Assembly: GCA_020536535.1 (NCBI GenBank)
Contig: JAHLWZ010000351.1
Coordinates: 19,056 to 83,055 of the forward strand
DNA from: Pelomyxa schiedti
Taxonomy: Eukaryota > Protista > Evosea
Direction of reading: 5' to 3'
Length of the DNA stretch: 64,000 bases
Under the pieces are notes generated by a model that was not told where the DNA came from, made no database searches, and was given only the letters and a program-made list of their open reading frames with translations. The position numbers and the translations under genes were made by a program. This document shows positions 23,294 through 35,400 of this stretch, one piece after another; the stretch's first letter is position 1, and every line of letters starts with the position of its first letter.

Positions 23294-26200
23294 TCAAGGA
23301 GCAGATGAGGCCACCAAGAGAGTGATTCTGTGAGCCAACTTGCATACGATGCCAATCGGAAGTGTCGGGAACAAATCCATAATGTCCCTTGCTTCCAGTT
23401 CAACAAATGCCCATCCCGGTGGCACCATGGTTTCACCAACACTATTGTTGGAAGTTGCCGAGGGTGGTACTGCTGTTCCTTGTTGATGTGATTCAGGTGT
23501 GGATGTTGTGGCCGTGGCGGAAGTAGCTTTTGGAGCTGGTGATGCCGACTCCCCTGGATTGTGACTGCGGGGGACTAGTGCCTCTATTTGTTCTTTGAAC
23601 CATTTCTCTACTTGTTGCGGTGTCCATTCAATAACAGCGGTACCTTGTTGTTGCGTTCCGCAGTCAGTTTTGTCGGCGGCCACTGGTGACGATTCCGCGG
23701 ACACGGGGGGTGCGGTCGTGGTGGTGGCGGTTGCTGTTGCTGTGGGCGTGGATGCGGATGCGGAACCAATCACGTGGTGGCGAATGAAGTGGCGAAGTGC
23801 TTTGCGTGGGAGGAGCTCCCTGATTCCAAGTTGACTCAGGACTGCTTTGTCATCGGGGAGGTGGTTGAGGGCTTCACCATCCATCATATTCTTCATGAAT
23901 AGTTTGCAAATTTCTTGTTCCTTGGCATCTGAACCTGTGATAGGAAAACCGAAAATGAAGGGCAATGAGGAGGGTGGTTGTTGGATGAGGGAAAGGGAAA
24001 GAGTTGGTATGTGTGAGGGACTTCATTTTGGTTTGCGATTTTAGTGTGTACGTATTGATTTGGTAACCTGGATTGCTTTCATGGGACCAGGAAAAGAGAT
24101 TAATCTCAGGAATGACCAGCCCCGCCACCTCGGCGGTTGTCAGCCCCGCGAAATTCTTCTTGGCGAACAACGAGTTGATAGTTTCGTGATCTCTTCTTGC
24201 GGAATCGAGTTCCCTCTGAATGTCAGCCCTCTCGAGGCAGAGCCACGTGAGAAACTCTCTGTGTGCACGTGACTGCACTACTGACTGGCGGAGCTTCTCT
24301 TCTGATTCCAACAGCGCATTCTTCAGGAGTTTCAGCTCTTCAACTGCGGCACCATGCAATTTCTTTGTTTCCTCTACCTGGGTCTTCGCACATTCTACTG
24401 ATTTTCCCCCTTCAGATACATTTCGCAAACTTTTCAAGGCTGAAGAGAGGGAGTGAATGAATGAAGGAAACTGCTCTTCAGCCAGCTTCGATACAATCCC
24501 CAAGGCCTGATTCAGTAAGATGATGTTGTTCGACGGGCAATGAAGATCTTTCTTTTCCTTTTCCTTGTGAGTGTCCATATATTAGATGAGAGGAAGTAGT
24601 ACCATTCCAGAATAAATGCTATCACATTGAGGAACCGACATCACGTTCTCATCTATGCACGAAATTGCAGTCGTGGTTTTTTTTGCTGTGCTTAGAAGGA
24701 ACCCTTCCAGGGAATCACAGGAACTGGAAGTTGAAGTGCAACAAATTGCCGGTTTTGAGGATGCATTTGGAACGATTTGTGCAATTGCGCAAAGAGGTGG
24801 TGTCACTTCAGCTGCAGCAAGAACAGAAGCCCCATTAGAATTGACGATTTCATGAAGGTTTTCGTTCAGTTGCTCCCAGGTCACCCTGCTGATTGCCTGA
24901 AGCACCATTTCTTTGGGGTTTTGTTCTTGTGTTGATAGTAGCTCACGGGTGGCAGTGGGGATGTCACGTACTTCTGGCTGTTTCAATGCCCGTTCAATGT
25001 GTCCATTAGGATCCTGTGACGCAGTCTTGCTCGTCGAAGCAGTTCCATCGTTGGGGGCTCCGTTGTTGCAATTTGGATCAGTTCCTTTTCGAAAGCACTC
25101 TGATTTCAAAATGGATATTTTCGTTGAAAGGCGCCTGAGATCTCCAATTGCAGTCAACCCAAGGGATTTCAAATCACCGTGTGTGAGGTGTACAAACGCC
25201 CATCCAGGCATCAAGAACCGTGATTTGGATGTTCCAGGGAGGGTAGTTTCCTTCAGGAGTTGGCCAAACCCTTCCTTTGCCAACCACTCCCCAACTTGAT
25301 CTTCCGTCCACGACAATGCTGTGTGGTTGTTGTTGCAGTTCCAGAGCGGCGGGATGATTCCAAACACTTTGACGCTCTCAACGACGTGGAAAATGGCCTT
25401 TCTGTGCAACAAATTTGTGAGGCCGAGATCCACCATGTCCTCGTTCGTGAGTTGTTCAAGTGCCTCCCCGTTCACGTTGTTACTCAAAAGTTTCTGACGC
25501 AGTTCATCCTCCCTCTCTTTGCCCTCTGCGACGTCATTGCCGCTATTGGCACAACTCGGTTGGTGGTATGATGGCATGAAGAGGTGCAGCTCAGGGATGA
25601 GAAGGTTCGCAACCTCCTCTGCCGACAATGCCTGGAGTGTCTGGGTTGATGCAACCTGGGTCAGTTTGTTCAGTTGGGTTTGAGCCATTCCCAGACCTCT
25701 TTTGATAGCATCTTTCTCTTTGTCCAACCACCAGATGATCTGTGCACAGGATCTTGCAGATCCCATGGCTCGCTTCAATTCTTGTGTGGCCTGATTGTCA
25801 AAGTCTTTCATTTGATTTTCGAGGGTGGTGACTTTGGTTTGGGTGTCTGTGAGCTTGGTGGCGGCAATAATGGTCCCAGCGGAATCTCTCTGAGCAGTTT
25901 CCTTGGCACCTTGGCAGTGCTTTTTGGCCACCTCCAACCACGCACCGAGGATTTGAAATGCAAAAGAGAGTGCAGAGAACCTCTTGGAGGGTCTTTTCAT
26001 CACCTGATCTCTCACTTCACAAATGGAATTCTGTGGGTTTTGTGAGAAATGCACCAGGATAAGAAAGGCCAAACCAGTTTTGAAAGTATCCTTGGGGTTT
26101 GCTGCTGTCGTCTCAGGTGGTCTGTGATTGATTGATGTATTTCTGCGTTGACTGCATCCTTGACAGTGGTTGGAATTTCTCCACTCTGTACCAGGCACAA

Positions 26201-27415
26201 GCAACAAGTTGACTTTCTCGGCAGTGGTGTTTCTCCATCGCCAAATAATGGTGGGTCTGTCGTTATGCCACCCAGCAGTCCAGCATTAACTGCTGTGGTT
26301 GATATGCTCAGAAGTGCCTTCACCAACGGTGACGTGTTGCCTTCAAGTGAACTCTGGAACTTTTGTGGGGGGGCAGCACCACAACAAACCAGCAGGTCCA
26401 CGACACTTTTCTGGCTCCGTGATCCAGCAATGGCGAGTGGCGTGGAACCATTGGATCTTGCCTTGTTCACGTCCGCGTTTCCCTTGGTGACGAGGAACTC
26501 AACAACGTTGATGTGGCCATTCTGACTGGCAACGTACAGCGGTGTGGCACCAATGTCGGATCTTGCCTTGTTCACGTCCGCGTTTCCCTTGGTGACGAGC
26601 AACTCAACAACGTTGATGTGGCCATTCTGACTGGCCACGAACAGCGGTGTGGAACCTGTGTCGGATCTTGCCTTGTTCACGTCTGTGTTTCCCTTGGTGA
26701 CGAGCAACTCAACAACGTTGATGTGGCCATTCTGACTGGCAACGTACAGCGGCGTGGAACCTGTGTAGGATCTTGCCTTGTTCACGTCTGCGTTTCCCTT
26801 GGTGACGAGCAACTCAACAACATTGATGTGGCCTTTCTCACTGGCAACGTACAGCGGCGTGGCACCAATGTCGGATCTTGCCTTGTTCACGTCCGCGTTT
26901 CCCTTGGTGACGAGGAACTCAACAACGTTGATGTGGCCATTCTGACTGGCAACGTACAGTGGCGTGGTACCATCGTCGGATTTTGCCTTGTTCACGTCTG
27001 CGTTTCCCTTGGTGACGAGGAACTCAACAACGTTGATGTGGCCATTCTCACTGGCAACGAACAGCGGTGTGGAACCTGTGTCGGATCTTGCCTTGTTCAC
27101 GTCTGCGTTTCCCTTGGTGACGAGCAACTCAACAACATTGATGTGGTTGTTTTCGCTAGCCCTGAACAGCGCGGTGAGACCCGCCTGTTTCCCATCACAC
27201 ATTTTGGTTTGCGCATACGCATCGACCACATCCGACATGGACGCGGTGCCGAGGTCACCACACCGCGCATTGGTTGGTGTGGTCGTCGTGGTGCCAGGTC
27301 GCGACACCCGTGCCCCTGTGGTGTCGAGGGACTGCAAGATCTCCCCAACTGTCTTGGCGTCGCCTCTCGTAGACGCGTCCCACAGCAACTTGGCTGCAGC
27401 CGAAGCATCGCCCAT
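23294..27415 (-). CDS. Ankyrin-repeat / (coiled-coil + SAM-like + SAM-like) x2 protein, copy A
   Basis: ORFs 26012-27415, 24582-26207, 23874-24578 and 23294-23965 join in frame through GT-AG introns 26074-26031, 24602 to ~24564/24558/24552, and 24067-23935. SAM-like motifs: GEALEQLTNEDMVDLGL, WTEDQVGEWL..PGWAFVHLTHGDLKSLGL, WTPQQVEKWF..PPGWAFVEL. Confidence 0.75.
26450..27180 (-). repeat. Seven near-identical 105-bp tandem repeats encoding 35-aa ankyrin units
   Basis: Unit xTPLxVASxNGHINVVExLVTKGNADVNKARSDxG. The DNA phrase CCTTGTTCACGTC recurs at a 105-nt period. Confidence 0.95.
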
Positions 27416-27465
27416 TTTACGTTAAAGGATCGAAAAAAAGGTTCGTATCTTGGAAAAATATTCCC

Positions 27466-29063
27466 TCACCACTGCATCCTTGCGTAAGCCATTGTCCTCT
27501 CCCTGAAGTTGTACGAGTAGCACACGTGGGCAGTCCTGGGCTCAGTTACGCTCTGCACGATGGCCGGGTACTCATAGGTCCCAACACAGTCGGTCTCGAT
27601 GTCCACCACGTGCTCCCACGTGGCACCCCAATCTCCGCTGTGCGCCAGTGTCAGAGGGCACCGTCGGTACGTGCTGTTGTTCATCATCAGCAGGAATCCA
27701 AGGTCCGATCCTGATCCGTACATGCGGACCCCATCGATCCCTATTATGGGGTGGGATTTGGTTGGTAAGGTGAACGTGGGCTCGAGAAACCATACCGGCT
27801 CCAGGATTTGAAAGGTTGGTGGGGCTGGCATATCGGGGCCAAGTAATCCCATAATCGGAACTCGAAGACTGTGCGAGGTAATTACAACTGCTCCGCATCA
27901 GTGCCAACATCTGTTAAACTGGAATGTGAGATTCTTTTTTTTTTTTTTTGATTTTTGAAGGTATTGGTTTTTATTCATATCCTTTTAAGGTTATGGATTG
28001 GTACCTGCCCAGGAGTATCAAGTTCAAATAGAGTAGGCTGAATTACACCTCTGCAGTAGTGGTCATTCTCACTAAACATGGCAATGTCATTGCTTCTCTG
28101 CCAGTTTACTAATATGCATTAGTATACGAAAGTAAGACATAATTTTCGCACCCCACTGCTGATCAGTGGTTTCCATGTGTGACTGCCACACACCTGCAAT
28201 TTTGTATCAGGGCTAATGTTAAAGAACTTGAGTCTTAAATAACAGCGTTTTGTTGTACCTATGAGATTATCTATTTCTCCGGATTCAGTGGATGAAGGGC
28301 ATAATACTTTATTGTTGCTCAGAGTGATGCACTTATTTTTGATTCCAGCTAGGAATCTAGTGAAACAATTAATGAAAATAAAAAGTCTCTTGAAATGCAC
28401 CCGTCAGCCAAGTAGGTTATGTTTGACCAGGTGATTCCACCGTCCACTGAGGATACATATGCCCCTGACCATGTTGCGGGATCACATTTATCTGTGGGTG
28501 TAAATGGGTGAGTCTTAAAGAAAAGAGTCGTACTTGGATTGGGATTGATCAATGAATCGCTTCCATAGTGGAAATCAAGAAAAAGTGTTCCATCATCATT
28601 TAGAAAGAGGGACGGATTCCTGCTATCCTTAGAATGACATCGAGTGCATTTGTGCTCACATGTTACAAACTCCGGGTATTTTTACAGCCTCTTCAACATC
28701 GGACCACACTCCTGATGAAGGATCTCTCCTTGATGTATATATTGCAACATCCTCTGCATCTTCGGAGGACTTGAAAGAAAAGGGTTAAGGAAAGGGCAAA
28801 AATGGTATGCATAACGATACCCCAGCATGAAAGACCACAACAATAGTCCCATCATGAAGCTCTTGCAAAGAACAAGCATGGCTTATATTACTTTAACACC
28901 AAAAAACAAAAAAAAAACTCGGGAATCACACATACCAGTATGGGAAAGTACCCATTGGTAGTATGAGCTCGTAGTTGACTGAGGGAATCGCGATTCCGTG
29001 TGCAAACAAAAGACACCATCCCACAATCACCACAACCGACTTCCACCCTCCACTGCTCATCAT
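27466..29063 (-). CDS. Secreted BNR/Asp-box beta-propeller protein (sialidase-like / BNR_2 type)
   Basis: Signal-like WKSVVVIVGWCLLFAHG after ATG 29063. Asp boxes SVDGGITWS, SSDYGITW, SGDWGATWE; NPSLFL..GTLFL; C-terminal YEYPAIVQ; several short introns. Confidence 0.7.
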
Positions 29064-29400
29064 GATGACCTTTGGCCGTTCAAACGTCCCAGGCGCACCC
29101 AAAAATTCTTGCGTATGAAAAAGGATCGCTGATGGCGAAACCTCGTGGAAGTTGATCGATTGATGAGTGGGTGTGGGGGTGTGAAGTGCAACACGTGCGG
29201 CCTGGTGTTGTGTGGACTGAGTGAGGTGATGTTCTACACCACTGACGGTAATTCTTGGCATCTGATATCTCATCCCAGTGCCCCCATCGCGTTCTCTGCT
29301 GCCTCGTGCGTAACATTTTTTTTGGTTTTTCCCCTTTTGCTGTAGTTGGTATTAGCTTGTTATTTTTGTGATTTGGAGTAATTGGGGTGTGAAAAGGAAT

Positions 29401-32400
29401 ATGGGGACGAATGGAGGTGATGTGAACAGGCCGGGAATGGCTCAGACTGTGACGTTTGTTGAGAATCCAAATAAACGCAAGAGGAAGCAATCTCCACTCA
29501 AGATACTATGCAAGGGGTGCAGTCGTGATGTGGGCAATTTCATCTACCTCGGGCCTGAGGCTGTGCCGCTAGTGGCTTGCTTTGACTCTGAGTCATGCAG
29601 CCTTATTCATCCCGACGGCTATCGTGAGTTGGCATCTAAATCAAAATGGGGCATGATCATGAAATCAGCCAGATTTCCTAAGATTGTCAGTGTTGACATG
29701 ACTTCTCTATCTGCTCTAGTCACTGGTACTCTGCGTTCCACTGGTGCCATTGACCACCAAGAATTGCCATTGGTGCGTGAAACTTTTGAGAATGAAAGTG
29801 GGGAGGGAGCATTTAATCCCTGCTCGTACACTGTCACTCGCCCGCGCCTGTATCAGATGGAATTAGCTCTGCAAGCTCTCCGAGGAAACTCCATCATATA
29901 TCTCCCAACAGGTACTTCTTTCCCCAGGACTTTTGCAATAGCATCATGACTTTTCCGCAGGTACTGGAAAAACGTTAATTGCGGTTATTGTCATGAGACA
30001 CATGCTTACATTGAACCCTGATAAGAGGTTGGCTTTCATTGTTGACCGAATACCTCTAGTCTACCAGCAAGTACTGGCTCTTCACAATTCTCCTTTGATT
30101 CTAAGGCATATTTAGGAAGAATATTTTTGCCGAGAATCTTCGATCAAGTCGACAACGTTGACACTTTCAAGTGCAACACCTCAAAAAGTTCAGAATAGCA
30201 CTAAGTTCATTTTCTCTACAGCCCAGATTTTTTTAAACATGCTGCAGTATGACTGCCACAAAATACTGTGTTATTTTAATTCTTTGTAGCTCGGACACCA
30301 TCAGATTATCCGATTTTTCCCTGATTATTTTCGATGAGGCCCATCATGCCAAGGGAAATCATCCGTACACACGCATACTTGATAGATTTGGACCCGTACC
30401 ATTGCACCTACGTCCGCTTATTTTAGGGCTCACAGCATCTCCTGTTGAAGACCGCACACTTGAAGGGACAATTGAGTCACTTCTGAGTCTGAAAAAAGTC
30501 TTCTTTGCAGACAGGATAGTCACTGCACAAGTGTTCCGATCAAATCTTGATGACCTCACAAAGCACACAGATTGTTCTTTTTTCTATACATTACCAAGTG
30601 AGGTTGGTTGCAAGAAGTTCAGTTCCTGTGTGCTGATATTCCGAAAAGGATGAAAACAGGTTGCACATAGAACTCGAGAGAGCAATGAATTATGTGGTAA
30701 GCAGTAACTTTGAGCTGCAAAGATACAAACCCGACAACCTCCTGTCATTTATCGAGATCAGGCGACTAGATGCTGTTCTGGACAAAGTGGTTACCGATCC
30801 CCAGTGGATAGCTTCAAATATATCTGCTGACCTCCTGGTTCAATTACAGTTTATGAAACAGTTGTGCACCGCAGCTGAAGTCAATAGTGTGCTTGGGCCA
30901 GCAAGAGCCATTAAATTTTTACAGCTCAATACTGACGAAACATTCCGAGGCCTTGTCGCTAGTGCATTCTCAAGGGTAATTACAACTGGTCACTCTGCCA
31001 AACTCACAGCTCTTGTACGTGCCGTTGAGGAAACGATAAAGCAAAAGGGGTTCATTGATGTAAGAGTCTTGGTATTTGTGAATACCAGAAAAACAGCTAG
31101 ATGGTTGTTCAGCATTCTGGAATCAGAGATACCCTCACTTGCACCATTGCGTGCTAGCTTGTGTGTGGGCCATGGAGGTGTCGATGGAATGGAATGGTTT
31201 GGCGAACAAGAACAAGTTCTACAGAAATTTAGACTTGGCACATGCAAGCTACTAGTTGCCACTTCTGTTGTGGAGGTTCCTTCCCACTTTTCCTGTTGTG
31301 AGTTCTCTAACCTAATAAGGAAGGACTTGATGTCCCTGCTTGTTCTCTTGTCATACGCTTCGATCCTTCCCGGAGTTTCATTTCCTTTGTCCAAAGTAGG
31401 GGAAGAGCACGATGTTCCAAGAGCCAGTTTATCGTTATTTGTGATGCACGTGTAGAGGCTCACCGAAGTATTGAGATTTTCCAAAGTGGGTGTATCACTT
31501 CCAGATTCTACCCCACTTGTAACGCAACACAGGAAACCTGGATAATGCATCAGAAATACTGTGCCCAGACGATTGCACTATAAGGGAGCTCTGTTCTCGA
31601 TTTGTAAATCCTAGCTTCAGCACCCCTACTTCTACTACTGTGGTAACAGCACAGTCATCCCCGCAACGACCTATTTCACATTTAGAAGCCATCACATCCA
31701 CCGACCTCTCTCACAGTACTAGGAATACCTCCTCCCTCAGCATTGGCTTTTGTTTGCAATCCAAGAGTAATGATGAAGCAGATATTTGTGCACACTTTTC
31801 TGCTGTTGGAGCAGTAGTTGCACGAAAGGAGAACCTACCTCCTCTTCTATTATTGGACGTTGGTAACCAATCCCCGTTTGGAGTTTACCAGCAACTCATC
31901 AGGTTTATGGCAGTTTCCTTGCCTTTTTCTTCTAACCTCTGAACTCTGCAGGAATCCTTCACTCATGCATCTGCACAATCAGGCTATTTGGATGCGAAGA
32001 CCTCACTTCAGGGTTCACACACGCTCCACTGAGGGAGTACAGTTACCAATAATGTCAATAGATTTTGGAGTTTTTGACAAACTCAGTGCTGTATTCTCAC
32101 CTATCACATCGTGGGAAGTCAATGGAATTTCCTCTTTTGCAGGTGTGGAGATGTTGGTCACACTGAATACTACCTCCACCAGTCAGACCACTTTACATTT
32201 TACGCCTCTTGGTTTGAATGATTGTGTGATCTTTTCACACCAACTCGATTCAGAAGCGGGCTTCTTGTTTGTTCATCTACCCCTTCGTCACTGCCCCTTA
32301 ATGGTAGATTCCGAAGGAAGACGCTCAGCAGGAAATGAACTCCCCAATAGAATCTTACAAACACTAAACTTTTCATCCTGCCTCCGTCTTCAGTTTCATT

Positions 32401-35400
32401 TTAGCAATGACGGAAGGGAAGAAGAGGCTTTGCGTTCATTTTGGGAAGACGTTGGAATATCTGTCTTTGACTGTATGGTGAAAGTTGGTCCTGAAATGGA
32501 GAACCCCACACGAAGCTACTCAATGCAGCTCTTCTTTGATCAAGCTGGTACTTTTACAGAAGAACTTTCTGTAGCATCCAGGAGTTCTTCGACCAATGAA
32601 AACACCGTTTTGGTACCTGTCATAGTTTTTACTCCTACTCGGGCAGTACTTCTTCCTCACCAGAAAGTTGCATCAAACCGGATTGTTAGACAGTATGGTG
32701 CATGCAACTTCATGATAGCGCACTTCAGAGACGAGAATCTTGATAGGTTGCCTCCTCAAGAACCTCTTCTTCAACAGAGAGTATCTGACATCTTGACTGC
32801 TGGTATGGAAATTTCTGGAAAACGATTTACGTTCTTGGGTTGCAGTGCATCCCAACTGCGAGCCAATTCCTGTTGGATGTGCTGCCTTGATAGTGACTCC
32901 GTCCGCGAGAAAATGGGCGACTTTTCCAGTATTAAGTGTGTTGGAAAATATCTGTCACGGATTGGATTGTCTTTCACATCGACAACTGATGTGGGTTGCT
33001 TTGAACATAGTGTCATACCTGACATTGAACATGGAGGGTTTACATTCAGCGACGGAATTGGAAAAGCAAGCTTACATGTAATGCAATCCATTTTTAGATT
33101 ACAGCATCTGGAAGAAATTCCAAGTGCAATACAAGTTCGCTACAGTGGCTGCAAAGGTGTTCTAGCTCTGGATCCCACCATACCTGCAGATGGACCCCAA
33201 ATTGCCATACGACCCAGTATGATAAAATTCTCCTCCCCTTTAAAGATGTTGGAGCTAGTCGGAGTTGCCCAGAGCCTCCCACTATACTTGAACCGCCAAA
33301 TCATCATGCTGCTCTCCAGTTTGGGGGTGCCTGACTTTTCCTTCACTGCCATTCTCGAAAAAAACATGCAATTAATGGATGACATCCTGACAAATGAAGA
33401 AGTGGCCAAGATGGTTCTCCAGCGTCACACAGATCTCAGGGTCGGTGCTCTATCTGCAGCTGGAATTCTTTTTCTCGAGGAACCTTACCTTTTCCGACTG
33501 ATTCATGCCATTTACCGGACCGAATCAAAGGAGTTAAGGAGGAGAGCACGCTTACACGTGGAGAAAGGGGCTACGTTAATGGGAACTTTGGACGAAACAC
33601 GTACTCTGCAAGAAAGACAAGTCTTTGTATCATATCGTGGAAACACCAGACAAACTGGGACTGTCCTTGTTTGGAAAAATCCTTGCCTCCATCCTGGCGA
33701 TGTGCAGGTTTTTACTGCCATAGATGTACCCTCACTGCATCATATGCATGATTGCATTTGTTTTCCATCCTGTGGTAGCCGTCCCCATCCTAATGAGTTA
33801 TCTGGCAGCGACTTGGATGGAGATTTGTATTGCGTGTGTTGGGACGAATCTTTATTCCCTCCAACCACTCACCCTCCCATGGAATCCGAGCCTCCGGCTC
33901 CCCGTGAGAAAAATCGGCCAATAACCACAAAGGATCTTCACAAATTCTTTGTGAAGTACCTTGCCAACGAGCAGCTAGGCGTCATCAGCCACGCTCACCT
34001 CGTTCTTGCAGACCGCTGTGACTTGGGAGCACTGGATCCTCGTTGTATTAGCATTGCCAAGATGCATTCCATCGAAGTGGATTTCCCGAAAACTGGCTTG
34101 CATGTGGAGCTGCCCAAAGAGCTCAGACCCACTTCTTATCCAAGTTACATGGAAAAAAGTGATCGGAAATCGTATGTGAGCTCCAAGGTACTGCAAGTGC
34201 TCTACGACAGGTGTGAGGGAATGGTGGAAACCCAGAGCGGTATCGGCACCAATAGCATTGTACAACCAGACAGTAAAATGCTAGTCTCTGAATTTCTGGT
34301 TCACGTACAGTGGGCAAAAGGGCTCTACAAAGAGTATTGCTCACAACTCCATTCCACCTTGAGGTTATATGGTTGTGGAACGGAAGCTGAAATAGCTACT
34401 GCTTGTCTGGACAAGCAGTACTCCCCTCTGTTTAGCTTCCAACAAGCAAAAGGAAAATTTCAGAACCTCCAAAAATATTTTGCTGGTCTTTTTAACAGCT
34501 CTACGTGCAGCGATTCCCCAGATGTCCGTGCAGCCAAAGCTAGTGCCTGGTATTATGTTGCTTATAGTAGCAAGAAGTCAATCCTATCATTTGCGTGGTC
34601 AATAGAATCTGTGCTCACCGAACTTATTCGTTTCAAGCTTCACCAAAGTGGGCAGCCATACATTCCTAACAACAGTAAAACCCTGGCCTTTGCTCAATCT
34701 GTTTTTGAATCCCTGTGGCATCCCTCAGAACAATTCACATCCTACCTTGACCGGGAAGCTGTAGTACACAGTGTAAAAATTGCAGTTGCTTCCGTGCTAC
34801 CTTCGGCCGAGGTTCATTTGTATGGTTCTTCCTCTTACTTCTTATTTCGGGAGGACTCTGACATCGATATATCGATCTCCACTTCAACTTGCGGCAGCGT
34901 GGAAATTCTTACGAAGATTCTGCCTCATGTAACCTTTTTTTCCCCAAGTGCGCATATAAATCAGGCCATTCCTCTGATACGAGCCGAGCTTCATGGATTT
35001 GGAGTTGATATAACAATTAACTCTTCTGGTGTTGATAAGTGTCATCTCCTGCGCAATTATATTGCGTCATATCCACCACTCTTTCTTATTTTGCACTTGA
35101 TCTCAAATTGGGCACATAATGCAGGGTTGATAACACATCACAAAGACTCTCCTTTTACCACTTTTGGACTATGTTGGGCAGTAATACATTTTACCCCCTG
35201 TTTGACCTCAGTCCTGCCAAGTTGCTCAGAAATACAATGCAAAGGCCCCCAATCTGACCTGGAGGAATGGTGGAAAACTGTGTCCCGTGAACTTCAGTGC
35301 TCTTGGAGGGAAAATGCACACCTAATCACTTCATCAGTGAACCAGTTTCTATCCAACTGCGCCGAGAGCAAAGTTTTGGAGGTGGGGCTTCCAGATCCGA

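Noticed and set aside
24579-24584. In-frame TAA-TAT-ATG suggesting stop-codon readthrough between two ORFs
   Set aside because: A phase-0 GT-AG intron starting at 24602 (CTAAT branch-like site) removes the stop, and paralogue B has an intron at the same position (56338-56381).
26450-27180. Regular direct repeats resembling a CRISPR array
   Set aside because: The units are contiguous 105-bp coding ankyrin repeats with no unique spacers, in a eukaryotic gene, and no cas genes are present.
26513-27487. 324-aa plus-strand repetitive ORF (and similar ORFs at 53819-54427)
   Set aside because: Antisense or alternative-frame shadows of the ankyrin repeats.
29401-31500. Calling the helicase gene Dicer
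   Set aside because: No PAZ or RNase III signature was seen downstream; the helicase splices into an RdRP.
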